A stretch of 62,290 nt of DNA, the filler included, from Hausera hauseri (Eukaryota): the NCBI GenBank assembly GCA_046269625.1. It is 9 parts of 9 records of this genome, joined end to end, with 100 filler letters (N's around TTAATTAATTAA, not from the genome) between each part and the next. Parts side by side here need not be neighbours in the genome. Positions count along the whole stretch, not along the records: positions 4,806 to 12,688 come from JBJURY010896507.1; positions 12,789 to 19,791 come from JBJURY010044331.1; positions 19,892 to 24,469 come from JBJURY010520125.1; 6 more parts are not named here. One strand, written 5' to 3'. The translations under genes were made by a program, and so were the position numbers. Of the stretch, positions 11,871 to 23,359 are shown piece after piece (the stretch's first letter is position 1; each line of letters begins with the position of its first letter). The notes beneath the pieces are model-generated. The model searched no databases, was not told the DNA's origin, and worked only from the letters and a program-made list of their open reading frames with translations.

Positions 11871-12688
11871 GAAAAGAATAGATGGAAATCGGACGTACAA
11901 CGTCATGTCGGTTATCACAATCGCAAACGAAAAGCAAAACCTATGTTCTTGTACAAGCGGAAATTCACAAAACCTAATACGCGAAAAAATAATTCGGATG
12001 ATGACGAGCCTAAGGGAAGAGAAGTACTGCCAAGAACAGAAAGACACAAGACGTATTACGTCATTAAAGCACTATTGCCTATGCTACCTCCTACTGCTCC
12101 AGTCTATGAAGACTGTGACAAACGATCATTGAGCTCATATCAGACAGAAATCTATAAAAGGACAATTAGTTTAGAAGACCCATACGAAGGAACAAAACGT
12201 TATGGAGTCCTACGGAAAGTAAGTTATCGGCAGCTCGTGGATGACCCCAGAATATTGTATTCCCCGAGAAAGCCTCAGAATATAGAGACTAGACCGCCTG
12301 TCTGGGGAAATCAAAGGTTACAAACCTTCCAGAACATAGAACCACAGACTAACAATCGAGAACCATTAATTAATACTCATGAAACGGAGGAATTGGACAT
12401 CGAAAACAATGAATTATATCCAAATGCAGAACTAAGACAACTGTCGGAAAACATAGTATCCTCCCCAGAGATCCGAATCAAAGGACATAAAATATCAGCG
12501 ACCAAACGCCCAAAAGCCGCATCAAACTGTTTTGGAACAAAAAGAGAAGGAAGACCCTTCGCCAAAATCATTATTGAAGACTGGGAAGTTTATGCATTAA
12601 TAGACACAGGTTTTGAGATGTCTTACATTGAAAATGATTCAATACCTCAAACGCTAAGAGGACAATTATACCCACCATCTACAAAGGA
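11622..12688 (+). CDS. Env TM and tail fused in frame to a retropepsin aspartic protease (truncated by contig end)
   Basis: One uninterrupted ORF runs from the TM helices to RPFAKIII...VYALIDTGFEMSYI (DTG at 12603-12611). Confidence 0.85.
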
Positions 12689-12788
12689 NNNNNNNNNNNN
12701 NNNNNNNNNNNNNNNNNNNNNNNNNNNNNNNNTTAATTAATTAANNNNNNNNNNNNNNNNNNNNNNNNNNNNNNNNNNNNNNNNNNNN

Positions 12789-13005
12789 ATTCAAATTTTT
12801 ACACGTACCTAAAATCCATACAGTACGCCCGCCTGTGTGTATCCACTTTCTGACTGTGTGTCTCCTATCTCCGCCCTATTAATCGTGCGTTTGTATATCA
12901 TTTTTTCTACCCCATGACTCATCCGCGAACCAAACCTTTCCTTCCTTCCCGGGGGGGGGGGTCTGATCTCATGCACTCCTATCCTACTACTTCTATATCA
13001 ATAGG
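12789..13005. repeat. About 200-bp dispersed direct repeat, copy 1 (promoter-like cassette)
   Basis: Shares ATTCAAATTTTTA, CATACAGTACGCC, CTCCTATCTCCGCCCTATTAA and CCATGAsTCATCCGCGAACCA blocks with 16534-16730. Confidence 0.8.
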
Positions 13006-13892
13006 TAAAATTTTGACGTCGGAAATTTTGATAAATACAATTTGCTACATTTGAACGCATGCTAGATGTTGTCACATTTAAAAGCTGCGTTATTTTGGGT
13101 TCGTTTGTTAGATTTTAGATCGATGAACAGTTTTGGTCTTCCGACCTTGAAACATAAACTCATATAAATTATGCAACAGCCTGTGGGTTGCTGTGACTTA
13201 CTTTACCTTATGGAAAATTCGGACGCAGAAGGAACACCGGAGGTAAAAACTTACTTTTGAATATTTTTATACAAACGGTATATTAACACCGTTATACCAA
13301 AAGTTGGTGTGAGTTTATTCCCCTTTTAATTTTGATGTACAGTACAAGCTACTCAGTCAAACAACTGCATAATCACCGAATGAAAATAACAAAATGATAG
13401 AAACCATGTAAACTATATTAAAAGTTATTAAATAAGATACGGAATCACAATGATAATAAAAAGTATACTTACATGAGTCTAGGGTTCTATATGACATGAT
13501 CAAAGTCGTGAGAATCTTTAGTCAACAAAAGTTGTTATATAATTGCCAAAACCAAACTAGTATTTAGAATTATTTTATAAAAAAGAAATTTCTCGGTCAA
13601 GTATACTAAAAACGGTTTTTGTCGATTACTGAAAAATTAAAAATCATTAAGGATATTGGCCTATGTGAATTTTGTCAATACGGAAATTTAAAATCATTGT
13701 CAATCGAGAATGTCGTTCAATGTAATTATCAATGGGCGAATCGATCAGTGTGATTGTCAATGGGAGAATCACTTTTGTCGGTAAGACTGACATTTGGAAA
13801 TGTTTGTCGGTCAAACTTGCTTAACATGTTGACAAAATGTGTTTTCATATTATTAATCATCATTATATTTTGCACGTCTCTCTGATTATTCG

Positions 13893-15319
13893 TTATAAAC
13901 ACCTTGTGTGATAGTAAGATTTTTTACCAGTAAAGAAGACTGGAGAATTTATAATATACGCAATGAACGATTTTGTTGAGTTCGTAATTTTGATACGAGG
14001 TGAAAACACACCAGATATATTACTCTTCTTTCGAATATTTTTTCTCCTTTCATAGCCAATAATTTTATTGTAAATTACCCACAAAATAAAATGAATATCA
14101 ATCTCATAACTACCCCTAGCTCCTCTTGACGGGGAATCTTTCTCCGAATAACACTGTCCACTCTTAATAATTTCTCCTATCGCACTCAAACTGATTTTAG
14201 CAAATATACATTCACATGCACACACATCACGGTTCTTGCTGACACCAAAAAAATGAACAAACGAGTAACGCAAACAACTTTTATAATTAGCAATATCTTT
14301 TATCACAGCATTATAAACCACGCTCGGACCGAAGTAGCAGCGATATAACAAACAACAGGACGTGGATTTGTTGTGTTCAAATGAGAAGTCCAGAAAAGGT
14401 CCGTCACTCAAAATTACATTCCATGTTAATTCGGTAACATCTAATCGCTCATATCTAATTTGATTCTGACTGGCAATTGGAACGTAACTGAGGACAGAAA
14501 AATGAAATCGTGGATATAGTACGACCTTGATCAAGAATTTGTCAACATAAAAGTAATACGTTTCATCTTATCGAAACTGATGGGATAGAAAGATGCACAA
14601 AACCAATTGACTTAGAAGACGATTCATCAGAATGTACATTAATTTCACATAATCCAAATGATTAACTTCTTTTTGATAGAGATTCGCTGACGAACAGAAT
14701 TCCGCAATAAACATATTCCATTGCAGAGTAAGAGTGCAAAATAGAATTGTACTGATCCACAGTACTCTGGGACATCGTTAGCAATAGATATATTCCAACA
14801 GAAACCCGAAATTTTTTCCATACATTTCTGACAGCTTTAGCAAGTATAATCTGAGTAATTCAGACTTAAATTCCATATTATCCAGTTTTAAAATCCTATT
14901 TCTTTGTTCTGCCAATTTCCCTTTGCACGTCACTCCATGTGCAACATAATATAGCTCCCAAACGACACTACCCAACTGTATCTCAGCTTGCCCAATATGT
15001 ACAACAACAATATGAATGTACTTAATTTCTTTGATCCAAATTCAAAAATAAATTTCAATATTATCCATTTTAATCAATTCATTATATTGCCCTATATACA
15101 ATATATTATATATAAAACAATATATTTTTCATTATGATTTATAACTGCATTCTCATACAGTGCACATAATACGCACCAGTACACTGAATATTCGATATTT
15201 GTATATTTTTCTGTCAGTTTCTGATTACATCTGTAGTTTGCTGTTACAATTGAATAACTTTTCTGAGTTCCAATTTTATAATTTGTCAGATTCTGAATAT
15301 ATCGTAGCCATTTGCTCAT
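13893..15319 (-). pseudogene. Orphan ORF, decayed (three consecutive same-strand pieces; 213-aa open C-terminal part)
   Basis: ORFs 15092-15319, 14778-14975 and 13893-14534 are contiguous on the minus strand; no recognisable domain. Confidence 0.4.
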
Positions 15320-16113
15320 TTTCTACTGCTGTAGTTATGTTCGGGTGCAGGCGTTAAACGTTGTTTATCAAAACTTTAATTTGGAAATAATTTAATGAAT
15401 GAGCTACCCGAAATGCAAAAATTCTGTGTTGATAACAATGCTTTACTATACTCTTTACACTATCAGTACATCACGTAGTCACCTCTCTCATTTCGCTCAA
15501 TCATCTCTCGAATGCCAGCAAGAGTCGTGATTTTCTTACATTATCAATCACATTTTCCTTTATAATACACATTTATTTTCCACATTTATGCATAAATTTA
15601 CATGATAAACCTAAAAAATATGTATAATATATAACGTCACCATTCGCTCACTCCATCCTGTACATATACACACGCATGCTCACACACATACCTCTATATA
15701 TACACTATATACACCCTCTTTTTTATCTATACCTCAAGTCTTCCGGATTACCCAACTAGTCAGTCAGGTTCCAACAAAGACTTTGCTCGGCAAAATGTTA
15801 AAAGCAAAAAGGATGTCAATATTACCCATCTTATTGATTTACTAACTGATATTATTCAAAGCGGTGAACTTATCGAAACTACAGTTGTACCTGAGGCTAA
15901 GTTACCTATTACTGTACGCGAAAATATTCAATTTTTCGCTCGATGTATGACGGTTTATGACATTGTTATAAAACTGGGTACTAATGACTAACAATCACCT
16001 TTTGTGTTTTTATTAATAAACTGTATTTATTAATAATACTGTAGTTTAATAAATTTTTGTGTTTTGTGTTCATAGTTTTTATCGTATAAAAAATAACAAG
16101 TCATTGAATACAT

Positions 16114-16407
16114 TCATTGTCTATTAAATTCAACAATCACATTATTCAGTTCTTTCTGACTGTTTTCTAATTCATGGACCTTTCTGATTATCTTTTTAAT
16201 CATTGGACTAGCAATAATCAATCTGCTTCGTATTGCCTCCAACAGAATCTCCGGTACTACATATGCTAAATCATCTGTTGTAGTAAACAAAGCCTGCAAT
16301 TCATGTAATCCTTGCTGAATGTATTCTTGTTTCAATTTAATGACTGCCGCATAAACTGTCATTTTCGATTTAAATAATTCCAAGATATCTGGTTGAGACA
16401 TTTTCAT
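16114..16407 (-). CDS. Small orphan alpha-helical protein
   Basis: About 97-aa ORF with TATA-like motifs upstream and AATAAA-type signals downstream; shares motifs with a convergent open frame at 15740-15991. Confidence 0.5.
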   Translation of the reverse strand: MKMSQPDILELFKSKMTVYAAVIKLKQEYIQQGLHELQALFTTTDDLAYVVPEILLEAIRSRLIIASPMIKKIIRKVHELENSQKELNNVIVEFNRQ

Positions 16408-16533
16408 AAGTGACACTTAAACAGCGGTATTTATAGAAATTTAAACAACGTAGGGTGAGAATAGTGAAACCACGATCATGCCGCAATGCTTTGTTCACTG
16501 CCAAAATTTAAACAGAAAAATTTTTGGCGAGAA

Positions 16534-16730
16534 ATTCAAATTTTTATACCACTCCCAATTCATACAGTACGCCTGCAGTAGGCCACTGTGTGCCTCCTAT
16601 CTCCGCCCTATTAACCGTGTATGTGTGTATCATTTTTTTTCTATCCCATGAGTCATCCGCGAACCACTTCTTTTCTCCTTCCTCGGGGGTGGTTGGCCTG
16701 GTGCGCTTCCTTCTATCTACTATTGCTTCC
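16534..16730. repeat. About 200-bp dispersed direct repeat, copy 2 (promoter-like cassette)
   Basis: Matches 12789-13005; minus-strand order is AP-1-like site, GC box, TATAAAAA. Confidence 0.8.
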
Positions 16731-16854
16731 AGATTTTCACCATATGTTTTGTAATGACCAATTTCATTTCGACCGAATTTCAAATTTCAGTTTAATTTGT
16801 AATAACCATCATTGTAAATAAACAAAATTCAATAATTTTGTACATTATGTATAG

Positions 16855-18100
16855 CATAAGGTGTCACTTATGTTTGCGCATACGCACAGTTATTTTAATA
16901 ACAGCAATTTGTCAGAATCCCGGTGTTGAAAATTTCAGTTAGTTAGATACAAACGTCATCTATCAGGTAGTTATTTGTTTGATTTGGAGGTTTTTAACAG
17001 TTTTTTAACAAATTTGATTGCCTATTAATGGGCAAAAAGAAGCAACTTGATGACGCTATTAAAGGGCAGATCATTGCGTTAAAGGAACATTCTTCTATAT
17101 CAACAATGGAATTTGCCAAATTATTAAATATTTTTCAAAGCTGTAGTTTCATGGATCAAAGACACGAACAGACTGGTTCAACCAAATCCAAAGCATGATC
17201 TGGAAGACCCAGAAAAACAACAAAGCAGTTTGAGAGGTGATTAAAATATGAAGCAATGAAAAATCCTTTTGCCACTGCAAATAAAGTGAAAGCGAGGTTA
17301 GGTTGTACAGTTTCCTTAAGCACAGTAGAAGGCGATTACATGACGATTTTAACTTGATTGTTATGCGTCCCAAGAAGAAAACTGTAATAACGTTGGCACT
17401 GAGGCAAAAGCGGTTAGAATTATACCAAAAGTTCAAAGATTGGGGTCAGGAACAATGGCACCATTACACTGTTAAGACATGAAAGCATCCTCTTTCTATT
17501 ATGGTTTGGGCTGCTTTAAATACGAAGGTTGTGGAGCATTAACCTTTCTTAAACCAAAAACAACAATGAACACCGAATATTATTTGGAAATACTTGAGGA
17601 AGAGCTTAAAACATTTATGGATATTTTGAACTGCAACATTTATCAACAAGATTCTGCTCCATGTCATGTATCCAAAGCAACCCTAGCATTGTTCCGAACA
17701 CATCGGATTGAGGTGTTGGACTGGCCTGGAAACAGTCCAGGCGAATTGTCAAGAACAAGTTGCATTCAACAGAATTCAAGAACGTTGATAAACTCAAATG
17801 TGCTATTACTAATATTTGGTACCGGGAAATAACGCCGGAGATCTGCAAATCACTTTTTGACAGAATGCCCAGACGAATTAATGCTGTTTTGTTGAACCGA
17901 GGATATCCAACCAAGTATTGAGCTTAATTGACTATTGTGAATAATTTGATATCTTACTGTTGCTATAATGTTCTATTTTGCTTATTCAATAAAAATCAAT
18001 AAATATTTCATTAAATTACTGAATGTTTTACGTTTCAAACCAAAACATTCAAAAGATTCAAAAAATTGCCGTGAGTGTAAACTTATGAGCGATATTGTAC
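16855..18100 (+). mobile_element. Tc1-family DNA transposon, decayed (transposase 17028-17921)
   Basis: MGKKKQLDDAIKGQIIAL; GCFKYEGCGAL; YQQDSAPCH...VLDWPGNSP; MPRRINAVL..RGYPTKY; degenerate terminal inverted repeats. Confidence 0.85.
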
Positions 18101-18599
18101 ATATATTATAAGTTTAGATTCGATATGATCCATTATTGGCTACCTACGAAATAACTCCCATATTCGATATCTGACATGTGTAATTATTTACTAAAAAGTA
18201 TCAACAAAATTAATGACACAAAAAATACAGCTGGCCCACGAAACTAGACTCAGTTTCAACCATAAGTTGTAGACAGTATAATTTTGACTCATAAACTGCA
18301 TGTTATTCGTTATGTTAGCAAATTATTTCAAATAGTTCAATGTTTAAAACATTGATAAAATACCATGATAATGAGCGCTATATGTCGATCGTTTATCTAA
18401 CATAGTTTCAATGTCCATATAAGTCGCTATACGAAATTTGATGTACGTAACATATTAGATGCTGTGCCTAAGTACGACGATCACGCAATGTTGCCGTTAT
18501 TGACATTTAATAACTTCATCCAATGTCCAATCTATTATAAAACATACAAAATAATACATAATAATAATAATAAAATAATTTAAAACTTTGCCATATGCA

Positions 18600-19518
18600 T
18601 TTCGATATCCTTCATGAAAGGATATGTTCAAATTTATTTTTTGTGTTTGTAAAATGTGGTTGGTTTCAACTGGAAAAAATTTCCAACAGCCTCACTGACT
18701 CAGATTTGAATGTTTTTCCATTCAGCAAGTTTTGTAAGGAACAGAAAAGGTGGTAGCCTATGGGGGTAAGGTCTGGGAAGTATGATGGGTGTGGTAAAAC
18801 AGGCTATCCAAGCTCATGCGTTTTGTCTTGAGTCGTCCTTGCTGTATATTGTCGAGCATTGTCGTGTAAAAGAATGAAGTACAAGACGCTTTTCATGAAG
18901 TTTCTCTTTTACTCTTTGCAGTTACTGAACGAATATATCCATAGTAATTGTTAAATTTGACTTCAACAACTCGCGATGAATTACACCTTGACAATCCCAC
19001 CATACTTGAAAAAAACCTTTTTCCATGAATGTTTACTTTTTGATCTGTAGGAGTGATTGATCCTCATTAAACCACTGTCTTTTGTGAACCATTTTTCATC
19101 GCCTGTTATAATCCTATCTAAAAAGGCTCAATAGTTACCTGTAAGTACAGACTTGTGGCGATTGACATGCGATCTTTATTCGGTTCACTGAGATTTTGAG
19201 GTACCCATACATTTAACTTGCTGACTTTTACTCATTTCTACAGGTGGCGGCAAACAGTTGATTATGATGTATTCAATCTTTCTGCTACATCTCTTGTTGA
19301 TTAACGTGGATTTTGCTCCAATATTACCTTTAATAGGTTTGTCATAAAAGTCGAAAGGACGTAATACCCTCGGTTCATCTTTTAATATTGTATCTCCAGA
19401 ACGGAATTTGGCAAACCAAAATCTTACAGCCCGATCGGTAATTAGTCCTTTACCGTATACACTTCATATTTTTTCAGTTGTCGTCTTACCACTATAGAAG
19501 TGAGAAAATGTGCTTTCG
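18600..19518 (-). mobile_element. Mariner-family transposase pseudogene, 5' end interrupted
   Basis: VYGKGLITDRAVRFWFAKFRSGD..LKDEPR; IITGDEKW; VLPHPSYFPDLTP.GYHLF, a degenerate HPPYSPDLAPSDYHLF. Confidence 0.85.
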
Positions 19519-19519
19519 G

Positions 19520-19791
19520 TCTTACCTCCCGGGGGGGAGGTAATCGATAAATCGATTTTGCACGTGCCGATCGATAGTGCACACTGAGCACTATCGATCC
19601 ACAAAGTGCCTAGCAACGGCACTTTTGCACTTTTCACTTATTGATCGCAGCACAGTGCAGTATTGATCGAATCGATCGGGACAAAGTGTTACTCGATAGA
19701 GCACATCAAGGCGAATCGATTGGTGCACAGTGCAAGTGTGCAGCACATGTGCAAGTGTGCAAAAATCAATAATATTGGATTTTCGAGTTTT
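19520..19791. repeat. Palindrome-rich terminal sequence, probably a Polinton terminus; last 43 nt are the reverse complement of 4663-4705
   Basis: Hairpins TTACCTCCC/GGGAGGTAA and GATCGATAGTGC/GCACTATCGATC; repeated GTGCAC, ATCGAT and CGATCG hexamers. Confidence 0.6.
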
Positions 19792-19891
19792 NNNNNNNNN
19801 NNNNNNNNNNNNNNNNNNNNNNNNNNNNNNNNNNNTTAATTAATTAANNNNNNNNNNNNNNNNNNNNNNNNNNNNNNNNNNNNNNNNNNNN

Positions 19892-22068
19892 GTAAACTTA
19901 ATAATGTTACTATCATGGATGCTTACCCTTTACCTTTGATAAAAGACATCTTACATTCGTTGCATAAAGCTACAATCTACTCCACTATAGACCTAGTAAA
20001 TGCCTACCACCAAATACCAGTAGCGCCTGAAGACATCAAGAATCGGCGATAACACCATTTGGCCTCTTCGAATACGCCTTCATGTCGTTTGGCTTAAAGA
20101 ACGTAGCCCAAACTTTTCAACGGCATATTGATTCTATCCTTTCAGGCCTCCCATTCGCTTACCCATATATCGACGATATACTGGTAGCATTATCTTCACC
20201 TAAGCAACACGCTGAACACCTCAAACTTGTTTTTCAACGCCTGCACAACAACAACTTACAGGTTAACTTCGCAAAATGCACATTCTTTCAAAAGAAAGTC
20301 AATTTCCTAAGCCACATCATCACGCCTGATGGTCACAGTCCACAGCCTGATAGAATTCACCAATTACGAAATATCGAACTGCCAAAAACTACAACTGATA
20401 AGCGCAGCTTTCTCGGTACTTTGCATTTCGTTCATAAGTATGTGCCACACTGCAGCCATTTAACTTCTCCTTTCGTTCAACTAAAAGCAGGGCCAAAGAA
20501 GAAACCTTTATATTGGACGCCAGAACTTTTAAATCTGTTTGATGAGCTCCGCAAAAATCTTAAAACCATTGAAATCTTGGATTATCCAAAACCTAATGCC
20601 GATCTCATCCTGACAACCGACGCATCAACCACAGTTGTCGGAGCGGTTCTCCATCAATTATCTCAAGGAATAAATGAACCACTAGAATTCTTTTCACGTG
20701 AGCTCCAGCCACAAGAATGCCGTTATTCCACATTGGATAGGGAACTCCTGGCCATCGTTTTAGTTCTTAAACATTTTTCACATTTACTTATCGCCTGGTC
20801 TTTCACCATTCAAACAGACCACAAGCCCTCGTTCACGTAATGAATATGAAGCACCATCACTTCGACAAAAACGTCATATTTCGTACTTGTCAACGTTCAA
20901 CTTTAAAATCTGCCACATTTCTGGCACAGATAATTTAATAGCGGATTTTTTGTCACGATCGGTTAGTGCAATTAGCGTCATGCCTATTTTTACTAAAGAA
21001 CAATTGGTTCAGAATCCTCCTTCTACTGAAATACTTAAACAATATAAATCTGTCCAAATCATTGATGGCGTAGCCATGGACACGTCGACACCTGGGCACC
21101 ATTTGACAATTTTGGCACCTTCTCTTCAACAAACAGCATTTAACCATATTCATTCGTTGCATCACCCAGATTCGAAGGCTACATTCCGCCTACTCAAACG
21201 TCACGTCACATGGCCATCAATGAGATCTGACGTACAGGGTTGGGTTAGGCAATATGTGGCTTACCAAAAATTCAAAGTAGCTAAGCATCTTAAGCCACCA
21301 TTATTCCATTTCCCATGTACATCCCGTTTCGAATCAGTTCACATAGATATTGTTGGTCCATTACCTTCTGATAATGGCCACCAGTTCATCTTAACAATGA
21401 TGGACCGCGCATCTCGTTGGCCAGAGGCTGTTTCCTTGCGCTCCATCAACGCTGACTCCATCGCCGATGCATTCATAAGGGTTTGGATTTGTCGGTTCGG
21501 TTCACCACGCTATATTACCACAGATCAAGGCCCCCAGTTCGAATCGAACCTATTCAAATCCTTAGTTAATCGACTGGGCATAAACCATATTCATACTACT
21601 CCATACCATTCCCAATCGAACGGCTTATTGGAGCGATTTCACCGAACTCTTAAAATCTCCCTGAAAATTCTAGCCGAAACACATACAAACTGGACTACTA
21701 TCCTTCCATTCGTATTACTTGGGTGGCGCAACATATCATTTACCACCACCGGTTGCGCACCCGCTGAAGCACTCTTCAGCACCACAATTCGTGCACTTTT
21801 TGAACTGACCGATTTAGACAACACACCGACTGACGAAACAATTAGGTCCGCACAAGATCATTTCATCCGGCTAAGTCGAGACTCTTTCTGTAAAATAATA
21901 CACGGCGACAAAACATATTTACCTGACTCCCTATTTAATGCAAAGTTTGTATGGTTGAAAAATCCGTCACCATCTGGATTCTCAATATTACTTCACACAC
22001 AATTTCAATACTCAAAAACGGCAAAAAAACGTGTACATAACGAACGTAAAACCTGCGTTCTTCGTTAA
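19892..22068 (+). pseudogene. pol: Ty3/Gypsy Pol: RT, RNase H, integrase (CsRn1-like), frameshifted
   Basis: DAYPLP, AYHQIP, MSFGLKN, YIDD, TTDAS, DRELLAI, TDHKP, HIDIVGPLP, TDQGPQFES, NGLLERFHRTLK. Confidence 0.95.
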
Positions 22069-22433
22069 TGACACACCAGATTCCTCGACTGAGTCTTTAC
22101 CAACCTTTCTTGACTCTTTCAATGCTTCTTGCAATCTGCCTACACTTCAATCTGCCACCCTAAAATCCTCATCAACTCATAAAGAGACACAAAATGACAT
22201 AACGACCAGTTTTTAACTTGCCCACATGTCTAATCAAGACATAACTTCACCCAAATCATTTCAGCAAGCAGTTAAACAATACGCCAAACAAAGGAAGACA
22301 GTTACCTTCAATAAATATAGCAGGGAACGAAATATCGATAAGGTTCAACGTCTGGTTCGTACAAAAACTGAGTAGATCACACACATTTTTTCCTTTTAAT
22401 TTTTTTTGTTGTATATAATATCATCTTTGCTAC

Positions 22434-22600
22434 GGGGGGGGGGGGAAAGAGTAATGTGGTGCCGCGGCTGTAGACGTCACCACAATCCTGGAGATGTATC
22501 TGTCACCCGGTAACGGTAGACGGGAATGCTCCACGTCGTGGTCCTCTTTGGTCAGTCCTTAGCCCGTCTAGCTGCCACTCAGCCAGTGATTTTGCTCCTT
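22434..22600 (+). mobile_element. Polypurine tract and start of the 3' LTR (TGTGGTGCC at 22455), truncated
   Basis: G-run plus AAAGAGTAA immediately before TG, downstream of the integrase. Confidence 0.7.
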
Positions 22601-22604
22601 TCTT

Positions 22605-22916
22605 AAACCGACATTTTCACCAAACGTCAACACACTTCAGTTTATACCGAGAGTACAAAAACTTTGTGAAATGAAAGCCCAATCACGAATTAACTTGAAT
22701 TTTCTGACGAAATTATCCCAGTTTATGCAATTGCAAGGATCCGACAAATTGAAAGTACCAAATATCAACGGACGACATCTAGATCCGCACAAATTACACA
22801 AATTAGTTCGTAAAAATGCCGGCTATGATCATGTGACCATTAACAAACTCTGGCAGAAAATTGGTATGAAATTGGGTGTAAGGTTCCACCTTACAACAAA
22901 ATTTAAAAAAATATAA
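22605..22916 (+). pseudogene. KDM5/JARID1-like fragment (end of JmjN linker plus ARID domain)
   Basis: KPTFSPNVNTLQFIPRVQKLCEMKAQSRINLNFLTKLSQFMQLQGS..KVP...LD..KL...V...GY..V...KLW.KIG.KLG parallels KDM5 [22 protein letters not shown]...ELQGS.LKIP. Confidence 0.75.
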
Positions 22917-23359
22917 TGTAAATCGAACAAAAGTTCCCAAAAATATAAAATCACATCTGGGAAAAATAAAAAGTTTTTTAACGAAATTTGAAATTAATAA
23001 CCTTAAAGTTTAAATTTTCTAACATGGAAAATTACAAATTTTACGGATTCATTAATAGAAAAATTTTCTAATAACAAAATCTAAAATCTAAATCACGGGT
23101 TCGCCTAACATAAGAACCAAAAATATATTCAAATATAGCCAAAGCAAAAGTAAACAAAAAAAACGGATTACGAGTGCTGAATTGACCAGCACTTGTTAAC
23201 AATCAAGATCTGTGGATTTAATCTATTTGTTTAAATCCACAGTAAAAGATTGAACAGTTACTTTGAAAAAAAAAACGAAAAGTCAGTCGAAGATTTTTCC
23301 AGAAAAGAAAAAGGAAACTTTCAAGAAAAGTTGAACGTTTCAAAAAGGGTACGGCCACA

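Larger units (their letters stand above)
4806..12688 (+). mobile_element. Env-containing Ty3/Gypsy-like LTR retroelement with gag-accessory-env-protease order (5' part; RT beyond the contig end)
   Basis: LTR end ...TAACA, PBS, Gag with CCHC knuckle, long accessory region, chuvirus-like glycoprotein, aspartic protease, all co-oriented. Confidence 0.85.
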
